IMG/VR virus record: IMGVR_UViG_3300021171_000005
Coordinates: 1 to 64,000 of that record
Length of the DNA stretch: 64,000 nucleotides
Direction: 5' to 3' (one strand)
Source: a virus
This document shows positions 8,790 to 17,568 of the stretch, one piece after another; position 1 is the first letter of the stretch, and every line of letters begins with the position of its first letter. A program made the position numbers and the translations under genes. The notes beneath the pieces are model-generated. The model saw only the letters and a list, made by a program, of their open reading frames with translations. It was not told the DNA's origin and searched no databases.

Positions 8790-9334
8790 ATAAGGCTTCA
8801 TTCGTGGGCGAATGGTCCCCTTCCGCAGAGTGGAAGCAGGCGCTATTAATTGAGTTGGGAAGGCGCTTCAACCTCCCGACCTTCATTGAAACCGGAACTT
8901 GCTGGGGTGCAACAATCGAGGCGGTGCTTCCTTATTTCTCTGAAATTTATTCCGTGGAACTTTGCAAGCCGCTTTACGAAAGTTGTATCGATAGATTTAA
9001 AGAATACTCCAAGGTCAATCTCTTTTATGGCAACAGTGCGGATCGACTGTCCGAAATATTAAAAATTTCTAAAGACTCGAAGCCTCTAATTTGGTTAGAT
9101 GCTCACCCCGCCGGGCCGGGAACCGCTGACGAAGGCGACCCGCTGCCGTCAGAATTACAAATTCTCTTTGAGCATCGTCCGGAAGCGCTGATCTTGATAG
9201 ATGATATTAAGCCGGAATATCGCTTCTGGCAAAACATGAACATTTTGGTTCAACGCACCGATTGGACGCATAAGTTCTTTAATGGCATTTTGATACTGCA
9301 TCGCGGCCAGTACAGTATTCCAGAACGATTCTAA
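8774..9334 (+). CDS. class I SAM-dependent methyltransferase
   Basis: FIETGT..G, WLDAH, LIDD. Confidence 0.8.
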   Translation: MAVDLNKASFVGEWSPSAEWKQALLIELGRRFNLPTFIETGTCWGATIEAVLPYFSEIYSVELCKPLYESCIDRFKEYSKVNLFYGNSADRLSEILKISKDSKPLIWLDAHPAGPGTADEGDPLPSELQILFEHRPEALILIDDIKPEYRFWQNMNILVQRTDWTHKFFNGILILHRGQYSIPERF

Positions 9335-10941
9335 TGAAGATTCTTGTTACAGGTTCCTCGGGGTTAATTGGCGGCGAGGTTGTAGAATATTTCGGCAATC
9401 AGGGACATACGATTGTTGGAATTGATAATAACATGCGGAGAGAGTTTTTCGGCGAGGCCGGAGATACTCTTTGGAATCTGCACAGAGTTGTGCACAGCGT
9501 TCCTAATTATAAGCACCACCAATCGGATATTCGGGATCGCCATACGATTGATTGGATTTTTAGAGACCTCGATGGCCCGTTTGATGTTGTAATTCATTGC
9601 GCGGCGCAGCCTTCACATGACAAGTCCCGCGAGATTCCTGTCACCGATTTTGATGTCAATGCGGTAGGAACTCTAAATCTTCTGGAAGCAACCCGGAAGT
9701 ACGCACCCCAAGCGGTATTCATTTTCATGAGTACCAATAAAGTTTACGGGGATGCGCCGAACGAAAAATTGTTGATAGAGCTGCCGAATAGATTCGATTT
9801 TGCCAAAGACGAAGATAAGCGCGGAATCGACGAAACATGCCGAATTGATCAGAGCACACATTCAATCTTCGGGGCCTCGAAAGTTGCTGCCGATATTTTG
9901 GTTCAAGAGTATGGACGATATTTCGGTCTTAAGACCGCAGTTCTTCGCGGCGGATGCCTGACTGGGCCGGGACATTCGGGAGTAGAGCTTCACGGGTTTC
10001 TTTCCTACCTAGTTAAGTGTGCCATTGAAAGCAAGACATATAAGATTTACGGTTATAAAGGAAAGCAAGTCCGGGACAATATCCATAGCTACGATGTTGT
10101 TCGCGCTATGGACGAGATAATCAAGAATCCGAAATGCGGAGCCGTCTACAACATGGGCGGGGGTCGAGAAAATAGTATTTCTATTCTTGAAGCCATCGAT
10201 AAAATAGAATCGCTGATTGGCAAGAAGATTAATTATGAGTACGTTGACACCCCGCGAGTTGGTGACCATGTTTGTTATATTAGCGATCTGGCTAAGTTTA
10301 AATCTGACTTTCCCCATTGGCAAATAACAAAAGGTATTGACCAGACTCTTTCGGAAATGATACACACGCTGTATTGGGGCAAATACAGCGACCACGAAGA
10401 TACTAAAGTATATCCAGATGCGGACAATGCCGTAATTTGGGATGTAGGAGGTTTCCGAGGTTCGTGGACGGCGAGCATATTGGAGCACTATAGTCCGTCC
10501 AAAGTATATATCTTTGAACCAATAAAAGAATTTTACGACGATTGCCAACGAAGATTCAAAACCGATCCACGAGTGCACATTATTAATGCCGGGCTTTCCA
10601 ACCGCAATGGTACCGCGTCTCTTAGCAAAGATACGATACATAGCAGCGAATTTAAATCTAGTACAGCAGTAGAAAATGTTCCTCTGCGAGATATTGCTGA
10701 ATTGTGCTTCGAAGAAGAAATAGCTGTTATAAGCATTAACGCGGAAGGCGCGGAATTTGAAATACTTCGCCGATTAATAGATACGGGAAATATTTCAAAA
10801 TTTAAAAACGTACAAGTTCAATTCCACAATTTTCATCCAAACGCCGAGAACCTCCGCAGCCAAATACGAGCTGATCTGGCAAAGACACACATCGAATCGT
10901 TTAATTATCCGTTCGTGTGGGAATCGTGGAAACGTAAATGA
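9334..10941 (+). CDS. NAD-dependent sugar epimerase (CDP-paratose/tyvelose 2-epimerase-like) fused to a C-terminal FkbM methyltransferase
   Basis: TGSSGLIG, AAQPSHD, STNKVYG, GASK, QVRDNIH; C-terminal DVGGFRG...FEP...INAEGAE...QVQFH. Confidence 0.9.
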   Translation: MKILVTGSSGLIGGEVVEYFGNQGHTIVGIDNNMRREFFGEAGDTLWNLHRVVHSVPNYKHHQSDIRDRHTIDWIFRDLDGPFDVVIHCAAQPSHDKSREIPVTDFDVNAVGTLNLLEATRKYAPQAVFIFMSTNKVYGDAPNEKLLIELPNRFDFAKDEDKRGIDETCRIDQSTHSIFGASKVAADILVQEYGRYFGLKTAVLRGGCLTGPGHSGVELHGFLSYLVKCAIESKTYKIYGYKGKQVRDNIHSYDVVRAMDEIIKNPKCGAVYNMGGGRENSISILEAIDKIESLIGKKINYEYVDTPRVGDHVCYISDLAKFKSDFPHWQITKGIDQTLSEMIHTLYWGKYSDHEDTKVYPDADNAVIWDVGGFRGSWTASILEHYSPSKVYIFEPIKEFYDDCQRRFKTDPRVHIINAGLSNRNGTASLSKDTIHSSEFKSSTAVENVPLRDIAELCFEEEIAVISINAEGAEFEILRRLIDTGNISKFKNVQVQFHNFHPNAENLRSQIRADLAKTHIESFNYPFVWESWKRK

Positions 10942-11594
10942 GGCGACTCATTGCCATTCCTACTTGCCATCAGTATGTTTACCACGATGCGGGGGCCGCG
11001 CATAGCAACGGCGTTAATGATCTTCGATCTAGTGCGATTCGCCAAACATGGTACAAGACGTGGCAAAGATACAAAGACGAGATTGATTTAAAGTTTTTCT
11101 TCGGACATTTCCCCTCCGAAGCGACTCGTTGCCCAAATCTGGATGAAATATTTCTTGATGTTCCTGACAACTATACCAATCTGCCCGCCAAAGTACAAAA
11201 GATTTTTCACTGGGCTCTAGACTGCGGATACGATTACGTTCTTAAGATAGATGATGATGTTTTCGTCCATGTTGACCGTCTTCTTAGAGAATTCGAAGCC
11301 ACAGATTATAAAGGATTCTCTTGCGGAGATTTTATTAGTGGTGCGGCTTACTGGGTGAGTCGCAAATCAATGCAGTTTATTGTTGACACTCCTTGGCCAA
11401 AAGAGGAATGGGCCGAGGACCGCTGGGTGGGCAAAATCCTCTCTGCCAATGGAATCTACCCGGCAATGGATGAACGCTTTCAAGTCTGTCATTGTGATGT
11501 GTGTATAAAGAAGTTTTCGGAAGAATCGCGAATTACGCTTCATACAAATGGGCCAAAGTTGATGTATGAGCTAGGAAAACAATATGGCGGATGA
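10938..11594 (+). CDS. second GT31 glycosyltransferase
   Basis: AIRQTW, YTNLPAK, KIDDDVFV, SGAAYWVS, EDRWVG. Confidence 0.85.
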   Translation: MRRLIAIPTCHQYVYHDAGAAHSNGVNDLRSSAIRQTWYKTWQRYKDEIDLKFFFGHFPSEATRCPNLDEIFLDVPDNYTNLPAKVQKIFHWALDCGYDYVLKIDDDVFVHVDRLLREFEATDYKGFSCGDFISGAAYWVSRKSMQFIVDTPWPKEEWAEDRWVGKILSANGIYPAMDERFQVCHCDVCIKKFSEESRITLHTNGPKLMYELGKQYGG

Positions 11595-11847
11595 TGTTGT
11601 TATCGGCGCAAAGCAGTTTCCGAATCCAAAAGGTGTAAAGCCGCAATCCGACGAGGAATTGCCTACTCGATCTCGGAACATGGATACCAGCAATGCAACG
11701 GGCTCCATGATGACCGATATGAGAAATCCCGCCAAGGCGGATGTTGAAATTGAGAAACATCACCACGACCATCCATTGATGGAACATTTTAATCGCCAAC
11801 CAACTGCCCGAAGACATTTTGGAGCAGGTATAGTATCAGAAAATTAG
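11584..11847 (+). CDS. hypothetical disordered protein with a His tract
   Basis: SD AGGA; HHHDH. Confidence 0.6.
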   Translation: MADDVVIGAKQFPNPKGVKPQSDEELPTRSRNMDTSNATGSMMTDMRNPAKADVEIEKHHHDHPLMEHFNRQPTARRHFGAGIVSEN

Positions 11848-11940
11848 GCCCATGCTGGAACGCATACGAACCTTTGCTGCAGTGATATCCATTCTTATTC
11901 AATTGACTGGATTATATCTGTTGGTGCATTTCCGACCTCG

Positions 11941-12318
11941 ATGACGAATCTATACGAATTATTTTTTGACGGTGCTTTCAAAGACGGGCAATCTTCGTTC
12001 GGCTTTGTCTTATATTTAAATGGCGTACCGATAGATTATGGATATGGATTAACGGATGATACAAAAGAATCCGTAGAATTGCGCGGCCTGTCCGAAGGGC
12101 TTGATTGTTTCATACGTCGCCTCGATTGTGCTGGTGCAGACTTAAGTATATTTGGTGATTCCGTAATTGCAGTTAATTCGGCCCACAGAGACCCGTTCAT
12201 TAAAAGTAAATTGGATCAGATCAGAAAATTAGTATCAAGTTTAGAAATTGCGTGGATTCCCCGCAAACAAAACAAGATTGCTGATGATTTAGCCAAACGG
12301 CTGAGATCATTTGCATAA
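11941..12318 (+). CDS. RNase H-like (RVT_3) domain protein
   Basis: FFDGA, E..GL, GDS, WIPRKQNKIADDLAK. Confidence 0.85.
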   Translation: MTNLYELFFDGAFKDGQSSFGFVLYLNGVPIDYGYGLTDDTKESVELRGLSEGLDCFIRRLDCAGADLSIFGDSVIAVNSAHRDPFIKSKLDQIRKLVSSLEIAWIPRKQNKIADDLAKRLRSFA

Positions 12319-12375
12319 ATCAAGGCTCCGCAAAATGCTAATACCATACTTGCGGACCTTTTAAAAGGAAACACA

Positions 12376-13002
12376 ATGGCTCAAGTAGTTGCACAAGCTC
12401 CTGTAGCTTTTAGCGCGATGACATCTGCGACCGGCACATCTGCTCAGTTGTGGCAGGTTAGCGCGGCGGGCGTTACCGCAGGTCTTACGGCAGGCAATTT
12501 TTACCTTGATTCTCCTTCTTCGAATCTTTTGAATGGTAGACGATTCGAAGTTACCTACGGCGGGTGGATCAAGGCACACGGCGCAACACAGGGCGTTTAC
12601 ATGGGTATGCAGATTTTCCCGTGGAATACGACTGTTTCAGGCGCACGTACTGCCAGCGGCACCAATACCTATACTCCGCTTAGCTCGATCTCTCTGACTG
12701 CTGGTACTTTCTATGACTTTGTTGTTACTCAGCAGTTTTTCGGAGAGTCAAATGCTAATACTCTGACGTTCTTTGCTCCGGTAGTCTACGTCGCCGGAAG
12801 TCAAGTTACGATTGCGTCGTCCTCGTCTCTGACGGGCGGCGTTACCGTTGCTTTCGCCTCCGCTTCGCAGACAGAACCTATTACTGGTGTAAATACCACT
12901 ACGGATTATCCTCTGGCTTCGTTTGTTCCGACAATCCAGAATGGTGTTAGTGATACCACGCAGACTATGCAGTTGACTACGTTCAATTTGCAGGTTGTCT
13001 AA
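12376..13002 (+). CDS. Ser/Thr-rich putative virion protein
   Basis: Strong SD, hairpin leader (12322-12360), beta-rich composition. Confidence 0.65.
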   Translation: MAQVVAQAPVAFSAMTSATGTSAQLWQVSAAGVTAGLTAGNFYLDSPSSNLLNGRRFEVTYGGWIKAHGATQGVYMGMQIFPWNTTVSGARTASGTNTYTPLSSISLTAGTFYDFVVTQQFFGESNANTLTFFAPVVYVAGSQVTIASSSSLTGGVTVAFASASQTEPITGVNTTTDYPLASFVPTIQNGVSDTTQTMQLTTFNLQVV

Positions 13003-13016
13003 TTAGAAGGCACGTA

Positions 13017-13403
13017 ATGACTCTAGAAGAGAAACAGCTCGAATTACTTGAAAAGAACAAGCAAAGACGAGCAAAGCAGAACAGAAAGAACGCATCGGGG
13101 CCGCGCAAGAAAGAAGAACGCGGCCCTCGTATGCGCCTCCGGATTCTCTCATTAGAGCAGGTATTGCTCAATAAATTGTTGTACGTTGAAGACCCCCGGC
13201 AAATCGGATACATCGCTCACATCATTGATTGTGAACGTCGCAAACAACCGATTCCCAGCTTTCAAGAATTCTATTATCGACTTGGTGTGCAAGATGAATC
13301 CGAATCCCAAACGTCAGAGCAATTCCAGATTCGAGAAACACACTCCGAATACTTGTCCAGTTCCGGACAAACCAACCGGGAAACAGTATCCGTGGACGGA
13401 TGA
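13017..13403 (+). CDS. basic hypothetical protein
   Basis: Basic N-terminal region; contains the palindrome at 13354. Confidence 0.55.
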   Translation: MTLEEKQLELLEKNKQRRAKQNRKNASGPRKKEERGPRMRLRILSLEQVLLNKLLYVEDPRQIGYIAHIIDCERRKQPIPSFQEFYYRLGVQDESESQTSEQFQIRETHSEYLSSSGQTNRETVSVDG

Positions 13404-13702
13404 GGGTCCGGGACAAGACTCTTTTAATACCAAATATGACTCTATTCGCCAAACTAACCGTCCTTGAATTCATCTCCACTTTTCTGATTGTTGCCTGCAC
13501 GAGAGCTTATGTCAAAGCTGACTATGGCTGGACTTTCGTAACCGAAGCACTGTGGTTGACGCAATGGTTCGCGATGCAAAAATTGATGATTGAAGACCCT
13601 CGGTCTCGTAGTTGGAAATACGGTTATTGGGCCTTTCAGATAGGAACCTTGTCCGGAGCTATGGTTGCCATATGGCTGACTAAACGTCTATATGGGGGCT
13701 AA
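13400..13702 (+). CDS. membrane protein with about 3 TM segments
   Basis: Hydrophobic segments. Confidence 0.65.
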   Translation: MRVRDKTLLIPNMTLFAKLTVLEFISTFLIVACTRAYVKADYGWTFVTEALWLTQWFAMQKLMIEDPRSRSWKYGYWAFQIGTLSGAMVAIWLTKRLYGG

Positions 13703-13704
13703 GA

Positions 13705-14082
13705 ATGCGTTCGGACAAGACCTTAAAAACTTGGTACAACAAAATAAACCGTAGATTCTTCCACGGAACGCTACCCTCTAATATTTGCGTGCGATGGATT
13801 AGCGAAGAAGATTTAGAAGAAGATGAACAACTAGAAGAAGACAATAGTGGATTGGCGTGGAAAGACGATATAGAGTCCCGGCATTACGGAACTATTGTTA
13901 TTAGTAATGATTTGAGAAATGACTGGCGACTAGCTATCGCAATTCTTGTTCATGAAATGTGCCATGTGGCAACTGATTTCCGAGATGAGCACGGCCCCGC
14001 ATTTGAGGAATGGAGACGAATTATAGGAGAGCGCGGTATATTTAGAAAAAGCGCGATTTATAAGGGCTTGACCATTTTTTAG
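13705..14082 (+). CDS. SprT-like zinc metalloprotease
   Basis: YNKINRRFF, LVHEMCH, HGPAF. Confidence 0.85.
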   Translation: MRSDKTLKTWYNKINRRFFHGTLPSNICVRWISEEDLEEDEQLEEDNSGLAWKDDIESRHYGTIVISNDLRNDWRLAIAILVHEMCHVATDFRDEHGPAFEEWRRIIGERGIFRKSAIYKGLTIF

Positions 14083-14085
14083 AAT

Positions 14086-14388
14086 ATGTGGTGGGTTATG
14101 AAAGAGAAACCCAAACCCGACAGTACCGACATTGGCGCTATAGAGCCGTGGCGATGCACCGGATGTGGCTTGTTTGTATACAATCTTGCCGAAATTGACG
14201 GTGGGATTTATCCAATCGGTGGTGCGAGTCCGCCCCGCTATATAAGCACTGTTTATAATAAAGTTTGTTCTGTGTGTTTCGATATGTTTCACTCCCTCCT
14301 GTCACGAGACTATTGGAAAATAATCCAAGACTCTGAACAAAGTAAGATAAGAAAACTGAGATCGGGTAGCGACTACTTAACGTCTTAA
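14086..14388 (+). CDS. Zn-finger hypothetical protein
   Basis: CTGC...CSVC. Confidence 0.55.
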   Translation: MWWVMKEKPKPDSTDIGAIEPWRCTGCGLFVYNLAEIDGGIYPIGGASPPRYISTVYNKVCSVCFDMFHSLLSRDYWKIIQDSEQSKIRKLRSGSDYLTS

Positions 14389-14452
14389 TCAGTCGAACAG
14401 AGGGAGCCCTCGCAGGGCTGCGACTTTAATTGATGCTCTGTTGTTGGGGCCT

Positions 14453-14809
14453 ATGAAGAATTTCCTGACTACTTTCCGCGCCGCGTCTTTATGGATACTG
14501 CTGCTTCCGTACGCCGTTGGTCTCACGGGTGCCGCATCGAACCAGTTGGTTTTGATTGCCAATCACGATACTTTTCCGGTCATGATGAACAGTTACGCGG
14601 CGGCTCACGTTATGCCCGAAGGAATTGACGAGGAAGGCCATGTATTGATGACCTCTCAGACACATTTAAATTTTCTTGCGGATGTATTTGATTTTCATGA
14701 CGGCTGGATGAGTATCGGTGATTTGCTTTTGATGCTGGGATCGTGGCTATCAACATTCTGTCCATTTGTTTGGGCGTACGTTGTTATTTCGGAAGTGACG
14801 AGAACTTGA
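14453..14809 (+). CDS. DUF5317-like membrane protein
   Basis: G...N.LV..AN...PV, FLADVF, SIGDLL. Confidence 0.7.
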   Translation: MKNFLTTFRAASLWILLLPYAVGLTGAASNQLVLIANHDTFPVMMNSYAAAHVMPEGIDEEGHVLMTSQTHLNFLADVFDFHDGWMSIGDLLLMLGSWLSTFCPFVWAYVVISEVTRT

Positions 14810-15288
14810 AGGAAGTATACAAAGGGCTTTACGTTGGCGGGGACGGGTCGGTGCCCGAAGCAAGAAAAAGAGGCATGAGTGTAATTCACGCCTGCAAAGA
14901 TGGTGATTTCTCGCACCGAGCGCTTTTGAAGTATGAATCTATGGGCGCTCCAAAGGGTCATGAATATCTCGTCGCTAAACGGCCCGGCAATCTTTATTTG
15001 AATTTGATTGACGCGGACGAACCTGATTTCGTACCTGATGCTGTAGTAAACGAAGCATTGAACTTTATTAAAGACAGTCTCGGAAAAGACAAATCAGTAC
15101 TCATTCATTGCAACCATGGATTAAGCCGCTCCCCGACAATAGCTTTCCTGTATTTGTATTCGGCGGGGAAACTGCCATCTGAATATCATCGGGCCGTTCG
15201 AGCTTTCCGGCAATTATATCCGCAATACGATCCTAGCACTGGACTTGAATTATACGCCAAGCGGCGCATTCGTGATTGGAAAAGGTAA
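14806..15288 (+). CDS. dual-specificity protein phosphatase
   Basis: LYVGG, VLIHCNHGLSRS (HCx2Gx2R); start probably TTG 14806. Confidence 0.9.
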   Translation: MKEVYKGLYVGGDGSVPEARKRGMSVIHACKDGDFSHRALLKYESMGAPKGHEYLVAKRPGNLYLNLIDADEPDFVPDAVVNEALNFIKDSLGKDKSVLIHCNHGLSRSPTIAFLYLYSAGKLPSEYHRAVRAFRQLYPQYDPSTGLELYAKRRIRDWKR

Positions 15289-15290
15289 TT

Positions 15291-16178
15291 ATGCAAAATC
15301 CGTTAAGTGACATGGTTGGGAATGTTAAATCCGTTGCAGATGAAGCCAAGAGTCTTGGCGGAGAATTCAAAGCCAAGAGCGAAATGGTCAACAACGCAAA
15401 GCAGGCTTTGTCTTCCCCTCCGGTTCCGACTGCTGCCCCCCAGCCTAAAGGGACGATGGTGTATTCCAAGGACAAAGTTAATCCCGGCGGCAAATATGGA
15501 GAAAAGGGCGGGGAAAAAAGACTGCCCGTAGATAAATGGCTGAAAGGCCAGATGCACGACGGCGGTACGGTACCGGAAGACGGGGCTTACAAGATGAAGA
15601 AAGGCGAACATGTGCTCACGCCCGAGCACAAGAACCACATCAAGGCCGCGTTGAGCATGGCGGAGGGTGCTCTTTCTCACGAGAAAGATGAGTCGGATAT
15701 GCCCAAGAAAGAAGTCGCTGAAATGCGAATCCGTAAAGGCGCTTCTGGCGGGCACATCGTCAAGCATGTCCATGTTCATATGCATCTTCATCCGGACGAG
15801 GAACACGTTACTCACGATACCGATGGGCTTATGGATCATGTCATGCAGCATATGACTGAACCAAACGAGGGTGAAAAAGAAGCCGACGCGGGTGACCCCG
15901 GCATTGAAGAAATGGAAAACGCTGTGGGATTGGCGCATCCATCCAGTTACGAGGATGGCGGAGTTGTTCAGAAAACAGGAATGGCAAAAGTTCACGCGGG
16001 TGAGACGATTATTCCTGCGAAAAGAACGCCAGATTTCAACCCAATGGCCAAAAGCGGCCCCAAAGAATCAGATTTTTCTGTTAAATCAAATCCAGTAACG
16101 GATGCAGTAAAATCAACTAAGACTCCTGATTTCAATCCGATGTATAGAAAACCATATCCGAAAGAGTCTGATTTTTAA
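15291..16178 (+). CDS. His-rich internally repetitive protein, possible head-internal protein
   Basis: Two DGG.V...G......GE motifs, two TPDFNPM...PKESDF repeats, His-rich core. Confidence 0.7.
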   Translation: MQNPLSDMVGNVKSVADEAKSLGGEFKAKSEMVNNAKQALSSPPVPTAAPQPKGTMVYSKDKVNPGGKYGEKGGEKRLPVDKWLKGQMHDGGTVPEDGAYKMKKGEHVLTPEHKNHIKAALSMAEGALSHEKDESDMPKKEVAEMRIRKGASGGHIVKHVHVHMHLHPDEEHVTHDTDGLMDHVMQHMTEPNEGEKEADAGDPGIEEMENAVGLAHPSSYEDGGVVQKTGMAKVHAGETIIPAKRTPDFNPMAKSGPKESDFSVKSNPVTDAVKSTKTPDFNPMYRKPYPKESDF

Positions 16179-16184
16179 TATCAA

Positions 16185-16478
16185 TTAGTTCGCACTTTCA
16201 CATCGATCTTTCCAACATGTAGGGCAACGAGCAGAACCTTTGTCCGGTTTGGTTTCAACTCCGCAGTCTATACAGATAGAACGCGGTTCATTACAATATG
16301 GGCAATGAGCGAGGTCACGCTTAATTAAAGACAAAAACATGATCTCCCAGCAATCCGGACAATAATCAAGATATTGTGGATTATTCAACGAATCTTTGCT
16401 CCAACATTCGACACGTATCCATCCTTCGTCAACTTGGAACTTGCTTGGTTTGTCACATCCAGCACAATTCATAGCCAA
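16185..16478 (-). CDS. Cys-rich multi-Zn-finger protein in an antisense moron
   Basis: Five CxxC pairs; downstream of its own promoter. Confidence 0.55.
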   Translation of the reverse strand: MAMNCAGCDKPSKFQVDEGWIRVECWSKDSLNNPQYLDYCPDCWEIMFLSLIKRDLAHCPYCNEPRSICIDCGVETKPDKGSARCPTCWKDRCESAN

Positions 16479-16597
16479 TATTTCTTTGCGTAGAGCCAGA
16501 ATTCACGCTCAAATCGTCTTACTTGCATTTGCGCGTCCACAACGTAGTAACTAGCCGAGCATATTATTAAAGTCAAAAATATCATTACGATACCCAT
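16469..16597 (-). CDS. small membrane protein in an antisense moron
   Basis: Single TM segment; downstream of promoter 16660-16688. Confidence 0.45.
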   Translation of the reverse strand: MGIVMIFLTLIICSASYYVVDAQMQVRRFEREFWLYAKKYWL

Positions 16598-16659
16598 TTC
16601 TTTGGCGACCACCCCTCGGGCGAATAGCGCTTTGAGACATCGAACAAGATTTCTAAATA

Positions 16660-16688
16660 AGAATAGCAAAGCATCAGTTTATTGTCAA
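16660..16688 (-). promoter_or_regulatory. sigma70-type promoter TTGACA-17-TATTCT (TGn)
   Basis: Reverse complement reads TTGACA ataaactgatgctttgc TATTCT. Confidence 0.75.
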
Positions 16689-16731
16689 CTACAAATTGAT
16701 ATTATTCATAGAATCAATAGGATACAAAGCA

Positions 16732-16926
16732 ATGGCTAAACCAAGAAATGTCAGTCTTTATCGCAGTCTTCACCACCTTAACAAAGGTGGACTTCATAGA
16801 GCACTCGGCGTAGCAGAAGGAACCAAGATTCCGGACGAAAAGCTTCAGGCAGCTCGTGGTTCCAAAAACGAGCACGTTCGTAAAATGGCCGAATTCGCGC
16901 ATACAATGAAGGGTTGGCATCATTAA
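16732..16926 (+). CDS. small basic conserved phage protein (GxLHxxLGV...KIP type)
   Basis: Motif recognised from phage head regions. Confidence 0.7.
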   Translation: MAKPRNVSLYRSLHHLNKGGLHRALGVAEGTKIPDEKLQAARGSKNEHVRKMAEFAHTMKGWHH

Positions 16927-16928
16927 AC

Positions 16929-17435
16929 ATGCCAGCTAAAAGCCAGATTAACAAAGCAATACGCGATGAATTTGGAAATATTATTCCTTGGAAGAAAAGG
17001 AATCGTGCAGTATCGAACGCCACGGAACGGGCACGTCGAGCAAGAAATCCAGAAAAGGTGCGATCTGAGAATCGCAAATATCGAGAAAATAATCCTTTCA
17101 ATGTAGCCGTAATTGTGGCTCGACGAAGGGCGAAATTGCTAGGAGTCGAGTCCGCCCTGACCGTTGCAGAATGGGAGCAGATTGTACACGAGTCTGGATT
17201 TCAATGTCATCTTTGCAAAGAACCGATTATTGTAAAGTTGGACGATCCCTTAACATTGAGTCTAGATCACATCATTCCGATGTCAGTCGGCGGACCCAAT
17301 ACAAAAGAAAATGTAGCACCAGCACATCGTAGATGCAATCAAGCACGCCTCGATATGTCTGTAGAAGAATTTTTAATCTGGATTCGAAAAGTAGCAGCAA
17401 ACAACAAACCAAAATTTATCATTACCGCTGCTTAA
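16929..17435 (+). CDS. HNH endonuclease upstream of the terminase
   Basis: CHLC...LDHIIP...GG...N...AHRRCN. Confidence 0.9.
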   Translation: MPAKSQINKAIRDEFGNIIPWKKRNRAVSNATERARRARNPEKVRSENRKYRENNPFNVAVIVARRRAKLLGVESALTVAEWEQIVHESGFQCHLCKEPIIVKLDDPLTLSLDHIIPMSVGGPNTKENVAPAHRRCNQARLDMSVEEFLIWIRKVAANNKPKFIITAA

Positions 17436-17445
17436 AGGAGAAATA

Positions 17446-17568
17446 ATGGTTTTACATCTTGTGTACGCAGGTTTGGGTTGGGTCGTGGGAGCTTTCACTC
17501 CTTCCGTTCTTCGTAAAGTCAAAGCTCTGTTTGTCAAAGAAGCGAACGTCGTTAAAAGCAAACTGTAA
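17446..17568 (+). CDS. 40-aa membrane peptide
   Basis: SD AAGGAG; MVLHLVYAGLGWVVGAF...; abuts the terminase ATG. Confidence 0.6.
   Translation: MVLHLVYAGLGWVVGAFTPSVLRKVKALFVKEANVVKSKL

Noticed and set aside
15303-15995. Long antisense ORFs (also 10009-10641, 25182-25718, 44818-45432, 47121-47747)
   Set aside because: Shadows of real + strand genes; no SD or recognisable motifs
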